Source: Pedosphaera sp. (lineage in GTDB: Bacteria; Verrucomicrobiota; Verrucomicrobiia; Limisphaerales; SIBH01). Taken from it: 64,000 nt of DNA. The position numbers and the translations under genes are program-made. The notes beneath the pieces were generated by a model that was not told the DNA's origin, searched no databases, and saw only the letters and a program-made list of their open reading frames with translations. Positions 10,090-19,827 of this stretch are shown in pieces (within the stretch, counting starts at the first letter, position 1; each line of letters begins with the position of its first letter). The stretch covers positions 1 to 64,000 of the forward strand of contig JANOQV010000105.1 in the NCBI GenBank assembly GCA_031414955.1, read 5' to 3'.

Positions 10090-10246
10090 CGCGCAGCGTC
10101 CGGTTCTCCAGCCCTCGGAAGCTGGGACTGAATCCAGAAAGCTGGAAGTCCAGACGGCCGGGCGACGGCTGGGGCCGCCCTCTGGGCGCGTTCTTAAAAG
10201 TCGTCCGGCAGTCGGTTCGGCCCGCCGAAAAAACCCAAACTCCTGC

Positions 10247-10274
10247 TTGCCAAAAGATCGCTCCTCCGTAGTCT
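10247..10274 (+). promoter_or_regulatory. Putative sigma70 promoter of yajC-secDF
   Basis: TTGCCA-N16-TAGTCT about 20 nt upstream of yajC start. Confidence 0.45.
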
Positions 10275-10296
10275 GGGCCGCTCTTATCTGGAAACT

Positions 10297-10635
10297 ATGA
10301 CCGTAAATTGTCTATTTGCATTGCTGGCTCAAGCGACGACGCCCGATCCCAAGGGGGAAATGGTTAAACTGGTGGGCATGGTCGTCATCATGGGATTCAT
10401 GATGTACTTCATCATCATCCGCCCGCAACGTAGCCGCCAGAAGCAGCTCAATACCTTGATGGGGAACCTCAAGGCGGGCGATAAAATCCTCACCTCGAGC
10501 GGCATCGTCGGCGTGGTCATCAGCGTGAAGGACAAGACCGTTTCCCTCCGCTCCGCCGACTCCAAGCTCGAAGTGCTGAAGTCCACCATTTCTGAAATCA
10601 CCGAGAAAGCCGGCGTCGATGCCGCGCAAGCGTAG
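10297..10635 (+). CDS. yajC: Preprotein translocase subunit YajC
   Basis: MYFIIIRPQ, LKAGDKILTSSGIVG; directly upstream of secDF. Confidence 0.95.
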   Translation: MTVNCLFALLAQATTPDPKGEMVKLVGMVVIMGFMMYFIIIRPQRSRQKQLNTLMGNLKAGDKILTSSGIVGVVISVKDKTVSLRSADSKLEVLKSTISEITEKAGVDAAQA

Positions 10636-10653
10636 CCCTAGCCCCATCCTCCC

Positions 10654-13158
10654 ATGAATCGCAGTCACCTTTGGAAGCTCCTTATCATCGTCCTCGTCGT
10701 CGCCTGGAGCGCGTCGGAAATGATGCCGCCGAAAAGCCGGCCGCTGATTGATGCTTTCCGGGAAAATGTCGGCAAGCGCGACGGCGCTTACAGCAACATC
10801 CTCGAAAGCTTTGCGGTGTTGCAAAAGCAGAACCCCCAGGCCGAATACAACAACCTCAAAAACGCCATCGGGACCAACGACATCTCCCGCCACTTCGAGA
10901 CCGACACCAAAGGCTCAAAGGATCCGACCCAGACCATCCTGAACGACTTGCAGCGCAAGGCCGCCGGCAAGATCAAGCTCGGCCTCGACTTGCAGGGCGG
11001 CGTGTCCTTCCTCGTGCGCTTGGAGACGGGCAAGCTGGCCACGAACGTCAGTCAGCAGGCGGCGGTCGATAACGCCGTGGAAGTGCTGCGCAAGCGCGTG
11101 GATCGGTTCGGCGTGGCCGAACCGCTCATCCAGCCCCAGAGCGACAACCGCATCCTCATTCAGATGCCCGGCCTGGGTGAAGACGTGATGAACAGCGTGC
11201 GCACCGCCATCCAGAAGGCGGCCTTCCTCGAGTTCCGCATGGTTCACGAAGAAAGCCCGGCCTTGCTCCGCGACGGCATCACGCCGCCCGGTTACGAAGT
11301 CTTGAAAGAAGTCCGCACCAACCCCGATGGCACCAAGGGTGTGACGGCATTCATCGTAAGCAAACAGCGGGTGGCCGGCCTGACCGGCAAGAACGTGAAG
11401 AACGCCTTCTTCACGCGTGGCAATTTGAACGACCCGCGCATCGCCTTCCGTTTCGACTCCGAGGGTGCCGCCGCCTTTGCCAAGCTCACCACGGAGAACA
11501 TCGGCAAGCAAATGGCCATCGTCCTCGACGGCGAACTTTACTCCGCGCCGTTTATCCGTTCGCCCATCACCGAAGGCTCGGGCGAAATCTCCGGCGGCAG
11601 CATGACCGAGAAGGAAGCTTCCGACATCGCGGCCATCATGCAGAACCCGCTCGAAGCTCCGGTGAGCATCGAGACGGAGACGAAGGTCGATCCCTCGCTG
11701 GGCGCCGCCACCATCAACAGCGGCATTCAATCGGCCATCTGGGGCGTGGTCGCCGTGGCCGCGTTCATGGCGGTTTACTATCTGTTTGCCGGCATGGTGG
11801 CCAACTTCGCGCTCGTCCTCAACCTGATCATCCTGCTGGGCGTGATGTGCGGCAAGGGTCTCACCCTCACTCTGCCTGGTATCGCTGGCATCGTGCTGAC
11901 CGCGGGCATGGCGGTCGATGCCAACGTGCTTATCTTCGAGCGCATTCGGGAGGAAATGGCCAAGGGCAAGTCCTTGCGCGGCGCGCTGGCCGCCGGTTAC
12001 AGCCGGGCCTTCGGCACCATCTTCGACTCGCACGTCACCACGCTCATCTCGTCGATCATTTTGATCTTCATGGGCACGGGCACCATTCAAGGCTTCGGCT
12101 GGGCGCTGACCATCGGCGTCGCGGCCAGTTTGTTCACTTCCCTGGTGGTCACACGCCTGGTGTTCGATGCGATGATCTCGTTCAACCTGATCAAGACCAT
12201 GCCGATGCTGCACATCATCCGCGTACCGAACATCGACTTCATGAAGCTGGCCAAGCCCGCCTTTATCATCTCCTGGACCTTGATCCTCGTCGGCGTGAGC
12301 TACGGCTTCTCCCGCGGCAAGAGCATGGTCGGCTTTGAATTCCTCGGCGGTGACAACCTGAACATCGAGTTCAAGCAGAAGGTGGAGCAGGACAAACTTT
12401 CCCAGGCCATCAAGCAGTTGAACGTGGGCGAGGCGCTGATTCAGTACCAGCGCGAAGTGCTCGGCACCACCGAGAAACTGCGCATCACGGCCAACTTCGA
12501 CAGCGCCGACAAAATCATGGCCGCCCTGACCAGCACCTTCCCCGAGGCGGGCTTCGTCTTGAAAGGCTCCGAGCGTGTCGGTCCGACCGTGGGCGAGGAG
12601 ATTCTCCGCACCGCTGTGGTCGCCTTGCTCGTGTCGCTGCTCGGCATCCTGATCTACGTCGCCTTCCGCTACGAGTTCTCGTTCGCCGTCGCCGCCATCG
12701 TGGCCATTCTGCACGACATCTTGATGACCTTCGGCTGGTACTCCCTGACCGGACTGATGGGCCACGGGCGTGAGATCAATTCCACCATGATCGCGGCCAT
12801 TCTCACCATCATCGGCTTCTCCATCAACGACACCATCGTCATCTTTGACCGCATCCGCGAAGACCTGAAACTGGGCGTGCGCGGGACGTTTCGCGAACTG
12901 ATCAACAAGGCGCTCAACCAGACCCTGAGCCGCACGCTCATCACCTCCGGCACGGTGTTCCTCGCCACCATGTCGCTCTACCTGTTTGGCGGCGGCGCGA
13001 TCAACGACTTCGCCTTCACCTTCCTGATCGGCATCATCACCGGCACCTATTCGTCCATCTACATCGCCAGCGCCATCGTGCTCTGGTGGCACAAGGGACA
13101 GCGTCCCCAGACCAGCGTGCAGGTCACGATGGAAGGCGCGGCTGCGGTCAAGGTCTGA
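10654..13158 (+). CDS. secDF: Fused protein translocase subunit SecDF
   Basis: LGLDLQGG, GMAVDANVLIFERIREE, GFSINDTIVIFDRIRE, GTYSSIYIA. Confidence 0.97.
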   Translation: MNRSHLWKLLIIVLVVAWSASEMMPPKSRPLIDAFRENVGKRDGAYSNILESFAVLQKQNPQAEYNNLKNAIGTNDISRHFETDTKGSKDPTQTILNDLQRKAAGKIKLGLDLQGGVSFLVRLETGKLATNVSQQAAVDNAVEVLRKRVDRFGVAEPLIQPQSDNRILIQMPGLGEDVMNSVRTAIQKAAFLEFRMVHEESPALLRDGITPPGYEVLKEVRTNPDGTKGVTAFIVSKQRVAGLTGKNVKNAFFTRGNLNDPRIAFRFDSEGAAAFAKLTTENIGKQMAIVLDGELYSAPFIRSPITEGSGEISGGSMTEKEASDIAAIMQNPLEAPVSIETETKVDPSLGAATINSGIQSAIWGVVAVAAFMAVYYLFAGMVANFALVLNLIILLGVMCGKGLTLTLPGIAGIVLTAGMAVDANVLIFERIREEMAKGKSLRGALAAGYSRAFGTIFDSHVTTLISSIILIFMGTGTIQGFGWALTIGVAASLFTSLVVTRLVFDAMISFNLIKTMPMLHIIRVPNIDFMKLAKPAFIISWTLILVGVSYGFSRGKSMVGFEFLGGDNLNIEFKQKVEQDKLSQAIKQLNVGEALIQYQREVLGTTEKLRITANFDSADKIMAALTSTFPEAGFVLKGSERVGPTVGEEILRTAVVALLVSLLGILIYVAFRYEFSFAVAAIVAILHDILMTFGWYSLTGLMGHGREINSTMIAAILTIIGFSINDTIVIFDRIREDLKLGVRGTFRELINKALNQTLSRTLITSGTVFLATMSLYLFGGGAINDFAFTFLIGIITGTYSSIYIASAIVLWWHKGQRPQTSVQVTMEGAAAVKV

Positions 13159-13177
13159 GCAAAGCAGAAATTTCACG

Positions 13178-13214
13178 ACGCCCGGTGCCAGCGATGGCCC
13201 GGGCGTTTTGCTTT
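13178..13214 (+). terminator. Rho-independent terminator after secDF
   Basis: acgcccgg-t-gcca-gcga-tggc-ccgggcgt followed by tttgcttt. Confidence 0.75.
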
Positions 13215-13258
13215 AAGGACGACCCGCGCGCCGCTTTCCACCGCCACTGAAGTGCGAC

Positions 13259-13306
13259 GTAGCGCCGGCTTTCCAGCCGGCAGGTGACGAGACTTTCCAG
13301 TCTCGT
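13259..13306. repeat. GTAG-type REP-like double hairpin
   Basis: GTAG-c-gccggct-ttcc-agccggc then acgagact-ttcc-agtctcgt (same loop, different stems). Confidence 0.6.
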
Positions 13307-13393
13307 TTTGGTGATGCTGGCAAAAGGCGCCCCTTCGAACCTCCGGCCGCATTTTCTCTTTGCGCCCCGCGAGCCGTCGGTAAAACTGCGCCG

Positions 13394-14314
13394 GTGAACG
13401 TGACCGTCACCCAACTTACCGACCAAATGCTTGCCTCCTACGCTCGCGTGGGAGGCATCAACCACCTCGACGGCAAAAATCTCCCCAGCAAAAGCGCGAT
13501 CTGCTCCATCACGGTGGACTTGCTCCGGCTGCTCTTTCCCGGCTTCTTCCACGATCAGATCATTCACTCCTCGGAATTAAAGGTGGAGACCACCGCGCTG
13601 ATTGATTCCGTACTCGGTCGGTTGGAGGATGAAACTTACAAAAGTCTCGAGTATCGCACGCCAGCCGGGCTGCAAAAGAAAGACCTGCGTCCGCTGGCGC
13701 ATGGCACGGTGCTCGAATTTCTTTCCAACCTGCCGCGCTTGCGCGAACTCCTCCAAACCGACGCCGAAGCCGCCTTCAACGGCGACCCAGCGGCCTTGAG
13801 CAAGGAGGAGATCATCGTCGCGTATCCGTCCATGGAGGCGGTCGCCGTGCATCGACTGGCCCACGAGCTTTACCGGCGCGATGTGCCGCTCATCCCCCGC
13901 ATCATGGCCGAGTGGGCGCACAGCCGCACGGGCATGGACTTGCATCCGGGCGCGACCATCGGCTCGCACTTTTTCGTCGATCATTGCACCGGCACGGTCA
14001 TCGGCGAGACCGCCACCATCGGAAATCATGTCAAGATGTATCAGGGCGTGGGCCTGGTGGCACGCTCGCTGGCCAAAGGGCAGGCGTTGCGTGGACAGAA
14101 GCGCCACCCGACCATCGAGGATCGGGTCACGATTTACGCGGGCGCGACCATCATGGGCGGCGACACGGTCGTCGGAGCGGGCAGCACCATCGGCGCGAAC
14201 GTGTTTCTCAACCAGAGCGTCCCGCCCAACTCACTGGTTGTGCCCGACGAGATGAAGATGAAAATCCTGAGCCGGAAAGAGCGCGAGGGCGCGCCGGTGA
14301 ACTTTGATATTTGA
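13394..14314 (+). CDS. cysE: Serine O-acetyltransferase (EpsC/CysE type)
   Basis: GDPAA...EEII.AYP, TGMDLHPGATIG, VDH.TGTVIGET, KRHPTIED hexapeptide repeats. Confidence 0.92.
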   Translation: MNVTVTQLTDQMLASYARVGGINHLDGKNLPSKSAICSITVDLLRLLFPGFFHDQIIHSSELKVETTALIDSVLGRLEDETYKSLEYRTPAGLQKKDLRPLAHGTVLEFLSNLPRLRELLQTDAEAAFNGDPAALSKEEIIVAYPSMEAVAVHRLAHELYRRDVPLIPRIMAEWAHSRTGMDLHPGATIGSHFFVDHCTGTVIGETATIGNHVKMYQGVGLVARSLAKGQALRGQKRHPTIEDRVTIYAGATIMGGDTVVGAGSTIGANVFLNQSVPPNSLVVPDEMKMKILSRKEREGAPVNFDI

Positions 14315-14347
14315 GATCCGGCCTCGACTGCCCCTGCCCCGCCGGGC

Positions 14348-15247
14348 TTAAAACTTGGTCAGCTTCCCCAACTCCTTCACGCGCTGCTCAATGTGGCCGC
14401 GCTGAATAGTTGTGGTCTTCTTCAGCCCGAAACCTTCGCAGCAGAAGCTGGCCGTGACACTCCCGTAGATCATCGCGCGCCGTATGTTCGAGTCGATGCC
14501 GCCGCGCGCGGTGGCGAGGAAGCCCATCATCCCGCCCACGAAGCTGTCGCCCGCCCCCGTCGGATCCTTGACCGTGTGCAGCGGATACGCCGGACAGATG
14601 AAGTAGCCGGCCGGCCCGGAAAGGATCGACCCATGCGACCCTTTTTTAATGATCACGTACTTCGGCCCCATCTTGTGAATCTTGCGCAAGGCCGCGAAGA
14701 CGTTGTCGCACTCCGTCAACTGATGCGCCTCGCTGTCATTCAACACGAAACCATCCACGCGCTTGATCAGGCTCACCACATCGCCCTTGGCGATGTTCAG
14801 CCAGAGATCCATCGTGTCGGCGACGACGAACTTGGGCTTCTTCATCTGGTCGAGAACGTGGTGCTGCAAGGCCGGCGCGATGTTGGCCAGCAGCACGAAG
14901 CTTGATTCTTTGTAGGCCTCCGGCAAGTGCGGCGTAAATTTCTCGAACACGCCCAACTCGGTCAGCAGCGTGCGCCGGTTGTTCATATTCACCTCATACT
15001 CGCCGCTCCAATGGAAGGTCTTCCCTTCCTGAATTTGCAACCCCTCTAGGTCGATCTGGTGGCTCTGGTAGAGGGAAATATATCGGTTCGGAAAATCCTT
15101 ACCCACCACGCCGACCAGCCGCACCGGCGAGAAAAAGCTGGCCGCGACGGCGGCATGGCTGGCCGAACCTCCGAGCAGGCGCGGATGCTCCGCAGCGGGA
15201 GTCTTGATCGAATCGAGGGCCGTGGAACCGACAATAAGGACGCTCAT
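14348..15247 (-). CDS. PfkB family carbohydrate/nucleoside kinase
   Basis: LGGSA, DPTGAGDSF ribokinase signature; start MSVLIVGS at 15247. Confidence 0.92.
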   Translation of the reverse strand: MSVLIVGSTALDSIKTPAAEHPRLLGGSASHAAVAASFFSPVRLVGVVGKDFPNRYISLYQSHQIDLEGLQIQEGKTFHWSGEYEVNMNNRRTLLTELGVFEKFTPHLPEAYKESSFVLLANIAPALQHHVLDQMKKPKFVVADTMDLWLNIAKGDVVSLIKRVDGFVLNDSEAHQLTECDNVFAALRKIHKMGPKYVIIKKGSHGSILSGPAGYFICPAYPLHTVKDPTGAGDSFVGGMMGFLATARGGIDSNIRRAMIYGSVTASFCCEGFGLKKTTTIQRGHIEQRVKELGKLTKF

Positions 15248-15635
15248 GTGCTGTGTTGGTGTTCTTGTTTGAATGTTATGAAACGAAACGGCGCGCAAGC
15301 TAGGCGCTGCCCCGCGCGAGCGCAAGCCTGCCCATCACTTCGGATGGAATCGAGGTTGGCGGACCGCCGCCCAGCGGTTCAAACCTTGCCCCTGACCGAG
15401 TTCTCGTGGAGAGGAACGGCCTTCGCGCGGCGGGCGGGTGTTTCCCATCGCCCCGCCCTCTCACTCCGGAAGCTGACAGGAGTGAGACGGCACACCACGC
15501 TCTGGCCCGCGATGCGATTGCGGCCACGCGGTCAGACCGGCACTCCATCCACGCCGTGACCGCTACTTTCAATCGCAACCGAGGCCAAGTGCGCCATTGA
15601 GTTCAGCTTTTGGAACCGCTTAAGGTTTTTTCCTT

Positions 15636-15971
15636 ATGAGCAAACCAGCCTGCCCGATGTGCGAGATGACCGAAGTCTTGGATCATCCTCAACGCTGGGA
15701 ATGTGTCACCTGCGGTCACGAGTGGGAACGCTCGCCGGAACCGGATGCACCCGCCGGGCCGCGCGTGGTCAAAGATGCCCATGGAAACGTGCTCGTGGAG
15801 GGCGATTGCGTCATCCTGATCAAAGACCTGCCGTTGAAAGGCTCTTCGCAAGCCCTTAAAGGTGGAACGAAGTCCAAACCCATCCGCCTGGTGGATGGCG
15901 ATCACGAAATCTCCTGCAAGATGGACGGAATCGCCATCGGCCTCAAAGCCTGCTTCGTGAAGAAGGCGTAA
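15636..15971 (+). CDS. yjdM: PhnA/YjdM zinc-ribbon protein
   Basis: CPMC...CVTCGHEW ribbon, VKDA.GN.L..GD.V.LIKDL, LKACFVKK. Confidence 0.9.
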   Translation: MSKPACPMCEMTEVLDHPQRWECVTCGHEWERSPEPDAPAGPRVVKDAHGNVLVEGDCVILIKDLPLKGSSQALKGGTKSKPIRLVDGDHEISCKMDGIAIGLKACFVKKA

Positions 15972-16198
15972 AGCCGGAACAATCCTCGCGCCGCCAGTCA
16001 CTGCATGTGGCCTTGACCGGGCGCGACGAGGCGACGTCGGGCGTGGGCCGAAGCATGGAAGGTAGCAGTAGTTTTGCAGTAAAAAGCTTCTTAGCGTGGG
16101 TGGCGGGGCAAATCGCGGCCAGGCCGACGCAACCCACAATGCTTCCCGCTCGGTGCCGATGGTTGACGACCCGTTCCGAGTTCGCGACGCTCGCGCCC

Positions 16199-18019
16199 AT
16201 GAATTTCCTGACCTTTCTTCGCCGCGCCACCCCGTTGCTGCTTGCCGCGCTGGGCCTGCTCGAACGCAGCACCCGGGCCGCCGGGCCGTCCGAGATGCAG
16301 GACTCCATCCGCCATTACGTGGCGGACCAGTCCACGGTGGCGCGCGCGTATGACATGGCCTGGTCGCGCGCGCGCTTCGAGCGGTTGGAGAAGCTCTATC
16401 AGGACTGGCAGCAGCGCCTGCCGTCATTGGACTTCAAGGAACTGAATCAGCAGGGCCGCCTTGATTACATCCTGCTGCGCAATGAAATCGGGTCCGAACT
16501 GGATCGACTCTCGTTGCAACGGCAACGGTTGGACGAGATGGAGGAGTTGTTGTCCTTCCGCGGATCAATCCAGGATTTGGAAACAGCGCGCGCGCAACGC
16601 AAGGCCGTGGAGCCGCCAGCCGCCGCCGCGCAATTGAGTCAATTGACGGAAAAAGTGAAGCAGTTGAAAGAGCGGGTGGAGAAGGGGCGCAAGGCGAAGG
16701 ATGAAAAGAAATCGGAGCGAACCAATGAGAGCGCCACCGCCGCAGCCCTCAAGGAATCAAAAGACAAGCCGGAGGCGGTGCCATTGAAAGTTTCGCCCAC
16801 GATGGCACGCCGCACCGCGAGCGCGGTCAACGAAGTGAAGGGCACGTTGAAGGCTTGGTATTCGTTCTACGACGGCTATCAGCCGGATTTCTCGTGGTGG
16901 CTGAAGAAGCCTTACGACGAGGCGAATACGGCGCTGGAGGGCTACGCGAAGTATCTGAAGGAGGAGGTCGCGGAGTTGAAGGGCAAGGATGAAGACCCGC
17001 TGCTCGGTGATCCGATCGGCCGCGAATCGCTGCTGCGTGATCTCGCCCATGAGATGATTCCCTACACCCCGGAGGAATTGATCGCCATCGGAGAGAAGGA
17101 ATTTGCCTGGTGTGAGGCGGAGATGCGGAAGGCGGCCAAGGAGATGGGCGAGCAGGATTGGAAAAAGGCGCTGGCGAGAGTGAAGTCGGATTTTGTTCCG
17201 CCGGGCCAGCAGGATGATCTGGTGGCGCAGTTCGCGCGCGAGTCGATCGAGTTTCTCCAGGCGAAAGATCTCGTGACGGTGCCGCCGCTTTGCGCCGAGG
17301 TCTGGCGCATCTCGATGGTCTCGCCGGAAGGTCAGAAGACGCTGCCCTACGCGGCCTACGGCGGTCAGTCAGTGATGGTGGCCTACGCCAAGGACGAGAT
17401 GAAGCACGAGGACAAGCTGATGTCGATGCGGGGCAACAACCGTCATTACACGCGCATCGTCACGGCGCACGAGTTGATCCCAGGGCACCATTTGCAAAGC
17501 TTCGTGGCGGCGCGGAACCGCGAGTATCGCAGTCTTTTTTCGACGCCCTTCCTGACCGAGGGCTGGGCGCTCTACTGGGAGATTCGCTTGTGGGATTTGA
17601 AGTTCGGCCAGACGCCGGAGGATCGCATCGGGATGCTGTTCTGGAGGATGCACCGCAGTGCGCGCATCATCGTGAGCCTGAAGTTTCATCTCAGCCAGAT
17701 GCAGCCGAAAGAGATGGTGGACTTTCTGGTCGAGCGTGTGGGGCACGAGAAGTTCGGCGCGACGAGTGAGGTGCGGCGCTTCATCGAAGGATCGTATTCT
17801 CCGCTCTACCAATGCGGTTACATGATTGGCGGGATGCAGTTGAACGCGCTGCGCAAGGAAATCGTCGGCGCGATGAAGATGACCGACCGGCAGTTCAACG
17901 ATACCGTGCTGACTTACAACTCGATGCCTATCGAACTGATCCGCGCTGGAATGCTGAACCTGCCGCTGACCCGCGACACGAAATCAACCTGGCGTTTCCA
18001 GGATGCGCCGTCCCAATAG
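16199..18019 (+). CDS. DUF885 family secreted metallopeptidase-like protein
   Basis: Signal peptide; HELIPGHHLQ and EGWALYWE motifs. Confidence 0.88.
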   Translation: MNFLTFLRRATPLLLAALGLLERSTRAAGPSEMQDSIRHYVADQSTVARAYDMAWSRARFERLEKLYQDWQQRLPSLDFKELNQQGRLDYILLRNEIGSELDRLSLQRQRLDEMEELLSFRGSIQDLETARAQRKAVEPPAAAAQLSQLTEKVKQLKERVEKGRKAKDEKKSERTNESATAAALKESKDKPEAVPLKVSPTMARRTASAVNEVKGTLKAWYSFYDGYQPDFSWWLKKPYDEANTALEGYAKYLKEEVAELKGKDEDPLLGDPIGRESLLRDLAHEMIPYTPEELIAIGEKEFAWCEAEMRKAAKEMGEQDWKKALARVKSDFVPPGQQDDLVAQFARESIEFLQAKDLVTVPPLCAEVWRISMVSPEGQKTLPYAAYGGQSVMVAYAKDEMKHEDKLMSMRGNNRHYTRIVTAHELIPGHHLQSFVAARNREYRSLFSTPFLTEGWALYWEIRLWDLKFGQTPEDRIGMLFWRMHRSARIIVSLKFHLSQMQPKEMVDFLVERVGHEKFGATSEVRRFIEGSYSPLYQCGYMIGGMQLNALRKEIVGAMKMTDRQFNDTVLTYNSMPIELIRAGMLNLPLTRDTKSTWRFQDAPSQ

Positions 18020-18033
18020 CACCGCCTTCGCCT

Positions 18034-19284
18034 ATGAAGAACACCATGCTTTCCCTCGCCGCCCTCGTCGTCCTTACCGCCACGCGGGCGGGCGGCAACG
18101 ACTGGCCGCAGTTTCGCGGACCGGGCGGACAAGGCCACGCCGAGGCCAGCCGACTGCCGATGATCTGGAGTCCGAACAAAAATGTGGTTTGGAAGCGGGA
18201 GATTCCCGGCGCGGGCTGGTCGTCGCCAATTCTCCAGAACGGTCGGGTCTATCTCACCACGGCGGTACGTCCGGCCGAGGGCGGTGCGTTGTCCTTGCGC
18301 GCGCTCTGCCTGGAGGTGCCCACGGGAAAGACAATTTGGAGCACGGAGGTTTTCTCCGTCACGAGCGTCGGGGCGCACCAGAAGAACAGTCACGCCAGCC
18401 CCACGCCCGTCACGGATGGCGCGCGGCTTTATGTTCACTTCGGCCAGTACGGAACGGCCGCGCTCGATCTGAACGGCAAGGTGGCGTGGCGCAACACGGA
18501 GCTGAAGTACCCGCCGGTTCACGGCAACGGGGGTTCGCCCATTCTGGTGGAGAACGCGCTCGTGTTCAGTTGCGACGGGCAGAGCAATCCGTTCATCGCC
18601 GCCCTCGACAAGGCGAGTGGCAAGCTGCTCTGGCGGACGCCGCGCAGCACGGAACCGAAGAAGACGTTTTCCTTCAGCACTCCGCTGGCGATCATGGTGG
18701 ATGGGAAGCCGCAAGTCATCAGCCCGACCAGCGGCGGCGTCCTCGCCTACGATCCGCGCGACGGGAAGGAAATCTGGCGCGTCCGCTATGCGGAAGGCTA
18801 CTCCGTGGTGCCGCGCCCGGTCTTCGGACATGGGCTGGTTTATGTTTCCAGCGCGTTTGATCGTCCGGTGGTGTATGCGATTCGTCCCGACGGGAAGGGC
18901 GATGTCACGGACACCCACATCGCCTGGAGCATCAACAAGGGAGCGCCGAACACGCCTTCGCCGCTGTTGGTCGGCGAGGAGATTTATTTTGTCTCCGACG
19001 CGGGCATCATGACCTGCGCGGATGCCCGCACGGGCACCGTGCATTGGCAGGAACGAGTGGGCGGCAACTATTCCGCCTCGCCGGTTTTTGCCAGCGGCAG
19101 GATTTTTGTGCAAAGCGAGGAAGGGGTTGGCACGGTGTTGAAGGCGGGCAAGGTTTTTGAAGTGCTGGCGAAGAATGATTTGCAGGAACGCACGCTCGCT
19201 TCCTATGCGCTGGATGATGCGGACATCTACATCCGCACGGCGCAGCATCTCTTTCGCATCCAGGAACCGATCCCCACGCCGTAA
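18034..19284 (+). CDS. PQQ-like/BamB-like beta-propeller protein
   Basis: DWPQFRGP, W..EIPG.GWSSP, ASPTPVTDG, SPLLVG, YSASPV. Confidence 0.9.
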   Translation: MKNTMLSLAALVVLTATRAGGNDWPQFRGPGGQGHAEASRLPMIWSPNKNVVWKREIPGAGWSSPILQNGRVYLTTAVRPAEGGALSLRALCLEVPTGKTIWSTEVFSVTSVGAHQKNSHASPTPVTDGARLYVHFGQYGTAALDLNGKVAWRNTELKYPPVHGNGGSPILVENALVFSCDGQSNPFIAALDKASGKLLWRTPRSTEPKKTFSFSTPLAIMVDGKPQVISPTSGGVLAYDPRDGKEIWRVRYAEGYSVVPRPVFGHGLVYVSSAFDRPVVYAIRPDGKGDVTDTHIAWSINKGAPNTPSPLLVGEEIYFVSDAGIMTCADARTGTVHWQERVGGNYSASPVFASGRIFVQSEEGVGTVLKAGKVFEVLAKNDLQERTLASYALDDADIYIRTAQHLFRIQEPIPTP

Positions 19285-19317
19285 GGCGGACCGGGCGAAC
19301 CGGTAGAACGACCAGGC

Positions 19318-19354
19318 AAAAAAGAAGGCCGGCCACTTGCGTGGCCGGCCCTTT
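19318..19354. terminator. Terminator between convergent genes (likely bidirectional)
   Basis: aaaaaagaa-ggccggccac-ttgc-gtggccggcc-cttt. Confidence 0.75.
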
Positions 19355-19372
19355 GATTCGAGGCGGTAAGGA

Positions 19373-19591
19373 TTACTTCGCGGGAGCCGCGTCCTTCTTT
19401 TCCTTCTTCTTGTCCGCGTTGAGGGCGGCGCGCTCTTCTTTGCTGAGCTTGCCGTCGCCGTCTTTGTCGTACTTCTTGACCTCTTCGGCGGTCGGCTTGT
19501 TGCCCTTCTTCGGTGCCGCGTCATCGGCAGCGGAGAGGGTGAGCCCGGCAATCATGGTGACGGCCAGCGTGAGCAATGTGATTTTCTTCAT
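19373..19591 (-). CDS. Small secreted EF-hand protein
   Basis: Signal peptide; DKDGDGKLSKEE canonical EF-hand loop. Confidence 0.85.
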   Translation of the reverse strand: MKKITLLTLAVTMIAGLTLSAADDAAPKKGNKPTAEEVKKYDKDGDGKLSKEERAALNADKKKEKKDAAPAK

Positions 19592-19827
19592 ACTACTATT
19601 TTGTTTTACCGGGCCGCTTCCAGACGACCTCTACTGACTCAGCGCTGAAGACTGGAATCTCATCCGCTTCGATTGCATCTGGACTTCCAGGCAAACGCCG
19701 GACTCGGCGCTGATAAATTCTTTCCCGCCTCGGAACCGCCAGAGGGCCTCCGCCCGCCCCAACTGTTTGACCGCAGCCTGACTGACTCTGACTGACGGCC
19801 TTTTCGACGGAACGGTTACGTGGAAAT

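Noticed and set aside
10915..13176. 753-aa minus-strand ORF (likewise 5832-7457, 17914-19551, 25175-26851, 38910-40097)
   Set aside because: Antisense shadows of well-supported genes, expected from high GC3 codon bias; no recognisable motifs
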